Below, one piece after another: positions 58,277 through 64,000 of a DNA stretch of 64,000 bases (position 1 is its first letter; each line of letters starts with the position of its first letter). The notes under the pieces were generated by a model. That model had not been told where the DNA came from. It worked only from the letters and a program-made list of their open reading frames with translations, and did not search any database. The translations under genes were made by a program, and so were the position numbers. Source of the stretch: an uncultured Actinomycetes bacterium (GTDB taxonomy: Bacteria > Actinomycetota > Thermoleophilia > Gaiellales > JAICJC01); contig CAVQXH010000001.1 of NCBI GenBank assembly GCA_963717845.1, positions 1,264,942-1,328,941 of the forward strand, in the 5' to 3' direction.

Positions 58277-59659
58277 ATGGCCGACACCAAGATCCTGCTG
58301 CCCGAGCGCGACATGCCCCGCGCCTGGTACAACATCCTCGCCGACGCGCCCTCTCCGCCGCAGCCGCCGCTGCACCCGGGCACGGGCCAGCCGATCGGCC
58401 CGGACGACCTCGCGCCGCTCTTCCCGATCGACCTGATCATGCAGGAGGTCTCGACCGAGCGCGAGATCCCGATCCCCGAGGAGGTCATCGACGTGCTGCG
58501 GCTGTGGCGGCCGACGCCGCTCTCATCGCGCGCACCGGCTCGAGCGCGCCCTGGGCACGCGCTCGCGCATCTACTACAAGTACGAGGGCGTCTCGCCCGC
58601 CGGGTCGCACAAGCCGAACACGGCCGTCGCCGCAGGCGTACTACAACGCCAAGGCGGGCCGCACCCGGATCGCCACCGAGACCGGCGCCGGCCAGTGGGG
58701 CAGCTCGATGGCGCTCGCCTGCGGCTACTTCGGGCTCGAGTGCAAGGTGTACATGGTGCGCGTCTCCTACGACCAGAAGCCGTACCGGCGGATGATGATG
58801 GAGACATGGGGCGCGTCCGTCGTGCCCAGCCCATCGCCGGACACGAACGCCGGCCGGGCGATGCTCGAGCACGATCCCGACTCGCCGGGCAGCCTCGGCA
58901 TGGCCATCTCCGAGGCGGTCGAGGACGCCGCCACCCACGACGACACGAGCTACGCGCTCGGCTCGGTGCTGAACCACGTGCTGCTGCACCAGACGGTGAT
59001 CGGGCAGGAGGCGCAGCGCCAGCTCGACGCTCGCGGGCGAGCGCGGCGTGGACGTCGTCATCGGCTGCGTGGGCGGCGGGTCGAACTTCTCGGGCCTCGC
59101 GCTGCCGTTCGTGCGCGACAAGATCGCGGGCGCCGACATCGAGATCATCGCGTGCGAGCCGGCGGCGTGCCCGACGCTCACGCGCGGGCCGTTCGCCTAC
59201 GACTTCGGCGACACGGCCCAGCTGACGCCGCTCGTCGCGATGCACACGCTCGGGCACGACTTCGTCCCGCCGGGCATCCACGCGGGCGGGCTGCGCTACC
59301 ACGGCGCCGCGCCGATCGTCTCGCAGCTGCTGCTGGACGGCCTGCTGCGCGCCGAGGCCTACCGCCAGAACGACGTGTTCGCGGCCGCGATCACCTTCGC
59401 CCGCTCGGAGGGGATCGTGCCGGCGCCCGAGAGCGCCCACGCCATCAAGGGCGTCGTCGACGCCGCCAAGCGGGCGGACGAGTCCGGCACCGAGCAGGCG
59501 ATCCTGTTCAACCTCTCCGGCCACGGCCACTTCGACATGGCCGCCTACGACGCCTACCTGCACCACCGGCTCGAGGACCACGAGCTGCCCGAGGCGGAGA
59601 TCGCCCGCGCGCTGCGCGCGATCGAGCCGCTGCCCAAGCCGGCGGTGCCGGCCGGGTAG
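58277..59659 (+). pseudogene. TrpB2-type tryptophan synthase beta-like PLP enzyme with three apparent +1 frame breaks
   Basis: [20 protein letters not shown]...RLWRPTPL (frame 2); [35 protein letters not shown] (frame 0, PLP-Lys motif); [23 protein letters not shown]...EAQRQLD (frame 1); [20 protein letters not shown]... (frame 2). The breaks lie near 58518-58527, 58626-58636 and 59024-59036. Confidence 0.8.
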
Positions 59660-59670
59660 GCTTCGGTCCG

Positions 59671-60324
59671 ATGCGGCGCGCGATTGTGGCACTCACGCTC
59701 GGGCTCGCCCTGGGCTTCCCGGCGCAGGCCCTCGCGAGCGGCGCGACGGTCGTGCACGGGTGGCGCGTGAACCTCGACGGCGACGCGCACATGGAGCACG
59801 TGCGGCTGATGCTCCAGCTCAAGCCCAACCCGTTCGGCGGCACCGTGCCGATCAGGCAGCACTGGCTCCAGGTGGTCGACCGCGTCGGCGGCCGCACCGT
59901 GAAGACGCGGATCACCCCGATCCTCGAGCACATGCTGCCGCGCTTCATCCGGATCGCGGACCTGAACACGGACGGCCGGCCCGAGATCTTCTACCGCGGG
60001 TTCAACGGCGGCGCGGGCGCGGTGCCGGTGTTCGCCGGCATCCGCGGCTGGGACGGCACGTCCAAGCACCGCTTCTGGTCATACGCGCCGCCGTACCCAC
60101 CGCTCATCCACGGCGGCCATCACTACCGCTACGTCGGCGCGAGCGTCACGCTCGAGAACCTGGCCGCGGCCGCAACGCCCGGGCTCGAGGTGCATCTCGT
60201 CCAGGGGGAGGCGCGCCCGGCCGATCCGGACTGCTGCCCGAGCCAGCTCCTGGTCCGCAACTACCGCTTCGATTCGGCGGCGCGCTCCTGGGTGCTCTAC
60301 CAGACCGTCTGGCGACCGACCTAG
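59671..60324 (+). CDS. Secreted hypothetical protein
   Basis: The ATG at 59671 gives [22 protein letters not shown], a signal peptide. The ORF is GC3-rich to the stop at 60324. No family was recognised. Confidence 0.6.
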   Translation: MRRAIVALTLGLALGFPAQALASGATVVHGWRVNLDGDAHMEHVRLMLQLKPNPFGGTVPIRQHWLQVVDRVGGRTVKTRITPILEHMLPRFIRIADLNTDGRPEIFYRGFNGGAGAVPVFAGIRGWDGTSKHRFWSYAPPYPPLIHGGHHYRYVGASVTLENLAAAATPGLEVHLVQGEARPADPDCCPSQLLVRNYRFDSAARSWVLYQTVWRPT

Positions 60325-60330
60325 AGCCGG

Positions 60331-61670
60331 TCAGCCTCCCGCGGCGGCCCGCTGCAGCCCGGCGGTGATCCCCGCCGCGACCTCCTCGAGCTGCTCCGCC
60401 GTGCAGATCAGCGGCGGCGAGATCGCCAGGCACGGGTTCACCCGGTCGTCGAGGCGCACGATCACGCCCTCGCGCCGGATCGCGTCCCGCGCCGCGGGCA
60501 GGGCGCTCGCGTCGCGCAGCTCGATGGCGCGGAAGAAGCCGTGGCCGCGGGCCTCGACGACCAGCGGCGAGGCCGCCGCGACGTCGTCGAGCAGCCGGCC
60601 GAGGGTGTCCTCCAGCGTGCGCACGTTGGCGAGCACGTCGAGCCGCTCCATGATGTCGAGGTTCGCGAGCGCCACGGCGCACGAGAGCGGATGGCCGCCG
60701 AACGTGAAGCCGTGCGCGTACACGGTCTTCTGGTCGATCAGCGGCGCGGCGACGTCGTCGCTGAAGAGCACGCCGCCGAGCGGGGCCTGTCCCGAGGTGA
60801 CGCCCTTCGCGAACGTGATCATGTCGGCGTCGAACCCGAGCCGGTCGGAGCCGAACCAGGCCCCGAGGCGGCCGAAGCCCGTGATCACCTCGTCGCACCA
60901 GAGCAGCAGGCCGTAGCGGTCGCAGACCTCGCGCAGCCGGGCGCCGTACCCCGGCGGGGGCGCCAGGCAGCCGCCCGCGTTCTGCACCGGCTCGACCACG
61001 ACCGCGGCGACGGTGTGCGGCCCCTCCGCGACGATGGTGCGCTCGATCGCGGCGATCGCGGCGTCGGTCCACTCCTCGTCGGTGACGGCGTGGCGGGTAG
61101 TGGCGGCGGTCGGTGTTCTCGGCGTGACGAACGTCGCCGAGAAGCGGCTCGAACGGTGCCCGTGCGGCCGGGATCCCGGTCAGCGAGAGCGCGCCGAGCG
61201 TGCAGCCGTGGTAGGCGCCGCGGCGGGCGACGATCTTGCGCCGCAGCGGCTCGCCGCGGCCGAGCCAGTGCTGGCGGACGAGCTTGAGCGCCGACTCGAC
61301 CGCCTCGGAGCCGCCCGACGTGAAGAACGCGCGGGTGAGGTTCTCGGGGGCGAGGCCGGTGACGCGCCGCGTCAGCTCGACCGGCGGCGGGCGACGTCGC
61401 CGCCCAGTTCGGGTAGAAGCCGAACGACTCGAGCTGCCGCTTGGCGGCCTCGCCGAGCTCGGCGCCGTGGGAGTAGCCGATCTGGGTCGTGAACAGGCCG
61501 GACATCGCGTCCAGGAGCCGCGTGCCGTCGGCCTCGAACACGTACGGCCCCTCGCCGCCGACCAGGATCGGAGGAGCGGTGCCGTCGAAGTCGGCCATCC
61601 GCGTCCATGACAACCACTCACCGGCCGCGGCCTCCCGCAGCGCGTCGACGCCTACGTCCATCGTCGCCAT
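60331..61670 (-). pseudogene. Class III (omega-type) PLP aminotransferase with two apparent +1 frame breaks
   Basis: The N-terminus (..GPYVFEADGTRLLDAMSGLFTTQIGYSHG..) is in the frame of ORF 60885..61670. The middle (..FFTSGGSEAVESALKL...YHG.T.GALS) is in the frame of ORF 60146..61621. The C-terminus (VVVEPVQNAGG...LWCDEVITGFGRLG...KG.TSG..P) is in the frame of ORF 60331..60999. The breaks lie near 61381-61392 and 61100-61106. Confidence 0.8.
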
Positions 61671-61746
61671 CGCCGATCCTCCTCGTCGAAAATGCTCTTT
61701 GCGGCGAGCATAGCCGCTGACGCCGCCGGGCCTGTACCGTCAGGAA

Positions 61747-62382
61747 ATGACGGATCCGCGCAAGCAGATCGTGCGGGCGGGCTACGACCGGCTGGCGGCC
61801 ACGTTCCTGGCATGGGGCGCGCGGGTCGAGGGCGATCCGCGCGACCGGTACGTCGAGGAGTTCGCCGCGCTCCTGCCCGTGCCCGGGACCGTGCTCGACC
61901 TGGGGTGCGGCGCGGGCGTCCCTTCGACCCGGCGCCTGGCGGAGACCTTCGACGTGGTCGGCGCCGACATCTCCGAGGTCCAGATCGGGCTCGCCCGCCA
62001 CAACGTGCCCGGCGCACGGTTCGTACGGGCCGATATGACCGACCTCGAGCTCGCTCCGGCGTCGTTCGACGGGGTCTGCGCCCTCTACTCGATCGCCCAC
62101 ATCCCGCGCGAGCAGCACGCCGATGTGTTCGCGCGCGTCCGGCGGTGGCTGCGGCCCGGCGGTGTGCTCCTGGCGTCGCTCGGCGTCGGCGACCTGCCCG
62201 GCTGGACGGGCGACTGGCTCGGCGAGCCGATGTTCTTCTCGAGCCACGCGGCGGATGCGAACCTGCGCCTGCTGGCCGCTGCCGGCCTCGACGTCGTGCA
62301 CGCCGAGGCGGTGACCATGCGAGAGCCCGAGGGCGAGGCGACGTTCCAGTGGGTCATCTGCCGCGCGCCGCGCGGCGCGTGA
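61747..62382 (+). CDS. Class I SAM-dependent methyltransferase
   Basis: Motif I is [10 protein letters not shown]; ..[14 protein letters not shown].. and WLRPGGVLL follow. Confidence 0.85.
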   Translation: MTDPRKQIVRAGYDRLAATFLAWGARVEGDPRDRYVEEFAALLPVPGTVLDLGCGAGVPSTRRLAETFDVVGADISEVQIGLARHNVPGARFVRADMTDLELAPASFDGVCALYSIAHIPREQHADVFARVRRWLRPGGVLLASLGVGDLPGWTGDWLGEPMFFSSHAADANLRLLAAAGLDVVHAEAVTMREPEGEATFQWVICRAPRGA

Positions 62383-62412
62383 GCCGGGGCCTGGCCCCGC
62401 TTCGCAGGTGCC

Positions 62413-63295
62413 TCAGGCGGCCGGGTCGGCCGGGGCGGCCCCGCCCGGGCGGCGCCGGCGCATCTCCTGGAGCGCCGCGCGCATGTCGGCGCGCACGAAC
62501 CCCTTCAGCGCGCCGTGGCGCTTCTGCGGCTTGCGCCCGAGCCGGCCGATCAGGTCGTCGCTCGCGCTGCGGTAGGCGGCGGCGGCGCTCGAGCGCGGCG
62601 CGCTGACGACGACGGGCACGCCCGCGAGCGCGGCCGAGTCGTAGCGGGCGCTGCGCGGGATCTGCGTCGGCGACACCAGATCGCCGAACCGCTCGCGCAT
62701 CAGGGCGGCGGCGGCCGTGGCGCCGGGGCGGCGGGCGTCGACGAACGTCGGCAGGAGGACGAGCGGCGTGTAGCGGCGGCTGGTCTCGCGCTCGATCCGC
62801 CGCACGGCCTCGATCGTCCCCTGCAGCGCGTCGATCGACAGGTAGTCCGCCGCAGCCGGGATCACGACCGAGTCGGCCGCTCGCAGCGCCGCAGCCGAGA
62901 GCCCGCCCAGCCCGGGTGGGGTGTCGACCACGACCACCTCCCACTCCTCGCTCGCACCCTCGATCGCGGCGGCGAAGCGCTCGCCGTGGCGGTGGTCGGT
63001 GAAGACCGACACCTCCTCGCCGATCAGGCGCGTGTCGGCGGGCACAACGCCCAGCCGGGACGAGCGCCGGCACGGGCGACGAGCGGGCGAACCAGCGCGG
63101 CTTGCCGCGGAACATCCCGCCCGAGCCGTCGTCGGCGGCCGCCGGAACGCCGACGGCGACGCCGGCCGAGCCCTGCGGATCGAGATCCACGAGCAGCACG
63201 GCGCGTGAGTCGAGCGACATGGCCGCAGCCAGGTTGACCGCGGTCGTCGTCTTGCCGACCCCACCCTTGCGGTTGACCACGGCGATCACGTGCAC
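62413..63295 (-). pseudogene. Orphan ParA/Soj-like ATPase with an apparent +1 frame break near 63052-63062
   Basis: The GTG start gives [23 protein letters not shown]...[11 protein letters not shown], a deviant Walker A, in the frame of ORF 62354..63295. The rest ([14 protein letters not shown]...[10 protein letters not shown]...) is in the frame of ORF 62413..63264. No parB is adjacent. Confidence 0.75.
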
Positions 63296-63305
63296 GCGGC
63301 CATTC

Positions 63306-63334
63306 TGTCACGAACTCGGCCCTGTGTCGTGACA
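63306..63334. promoter_or_regulatory. Perfect inverted repeat TGTCACGA-N13-TCGTGACA just upstream of the parA-like start
   Basis: Read directly. It lies in the divergent gap between the parA-like gene and the small ORF/CYTH pair. Confidence 0.45.
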
Positions 63335-63431
63335 TCTACGGATGTCGATCGGGTCGTGCCCCGATGCGGCCCTGGCCGGGCCCGGCGAGAATCGGATTCC
63401 AAGCACGAATTTCGATCCAGGAGGGCCTCCC

Positions 63432-63605
63432 ATGGCCGGCACCCAGCAGCTCTCGCCCGCTCCCCCCACGTTCGATCGAGCCCGCTTCTTCCGCCACGAG
63501 CACGACGAGCTTCTCGCCGCCGTCGAGCGCGCCCGCAGGCGGCCCGAGCGCCGCCCGGCCGCTCGGCGGCAAACGGTTGCGCCAATGGTACGATCGCGCG
63601 GGTGA
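63432..63605 (+). CDS. Small hypothetical protein (57 aa)
   Basis: A strong RBS (caggaggg) lies 6-7 nt upstream of the ATG. The stop overlaps (GTGA) the CYTH gene start. GC3 is good in the first two thirds and weaker at the end. Confidence 0.4.
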   Translation: MAGTQQLSPAPPTFDRARFFRHEHDELLAAVERARRRPERRPAARRQTVAPMVRSRG

Positions 63606-64000
63606 AGGCCACCCTCGAGCGGGAGCGCAAACTCACAGCACCCCCTGGATTCGCGCTCCCGGCCCTCCCGGGTGACCCTCTGCCCGTGCGAGAGCTGAGC
63701 TCGACGTACCACGACACGACCGACCTGCGGCTGGCCGCCGGCGGGATCACCCTGCGCTATCGCACCGAGCGCGGTCACGGCGCCTGGCAGCTGAAGCTGC
63801 CCCACGGCGAGGATCGGCTCGAGCTCGAGTTCGAGGGCACCGCCCGGGCGGCGCCGGCCGAGGTGCTCGACCTGCTCACCGCCCACCTGCGCGGGAAGCG
63901 GCCGGCGCCGGTCGCGCGGCTGCGCACCCGCCGTGCCGGCGTCCTCGTCCGCTCCGGCGACCGCAGGGTCGCCGAGGTCGTCAAGGACGCCGTCTCGGTG
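63602..64000 (+). CDS. CYTH-domain protein (triphosphate tunnel metalloenzyme), 3' end outside the window
   Basis: Hand-translated frame: VKATLERERKLTAPPGFALPAL...LSSTYHDTTDLRLAAGGITLRYRTE...WQLKLP. This matches the CYTH N-terminal pattern (E.ERK....Y.DT.D..L....I.LR.R). The frame is open to the window end. Confidence 0.75.
   Translation, partial: MKATLERERKLTAPPGFALPALPGDPLPVRELSSTYHDTTDLRLAAGGITLRYRTERGHGAWQLKLPHGEDRLELEFEGTARAAPAEVLDLLTAHLRGKRPAPVARLRTRRAGVLVRSGDRRVAEVVKDAVSV

Overview
Very high-G+C, Actinomycetota-like chromosomal segment, densely coding, with GC3-rich codons used here to choose reading frames. The left half is a near-complete purine de novo cluster, purD-purE ... purB-purC-purS-purQ-purL-purF-purM-purN-purH. 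It is preceded by a histidine kinase/lipoprotein pair and a cNMP-CBS-DUF294 sensor with an APC permease and a USP. The middle is accessory: phosphoesterase, GT4, a MarR/permease pair, an ECF sigma/anti-sigma module, a QueA-like gene plus SDR, an 18-Cys secreted protein of unknown function, an ABC-2 exporter with sugar transferase and ATP-grasp, PAS-GGDEF-EAL, galK, a Tat-Dyp peroxidase-GNAT-amidinotransferase operon, and tandem CtaG-like genes. The right half holds a non-canonical kdp locus with an extra leader, two extra upstream ORFs, F-A-C-B gene order, a three-gene KdpD, and kdpE. After it come envelope and signalling genes, TrpB2, a class III aminotransferase, an orphan ParA and a CYTH gene. 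No rRNA, tRNA, CRISPR array or transposase was seen. Twelve apparent +1 reading-frame breaks occur, eight of them in the last 8 kb. The most unusual structure is a three-part RNA leader upstream of the kdp-linked operon.
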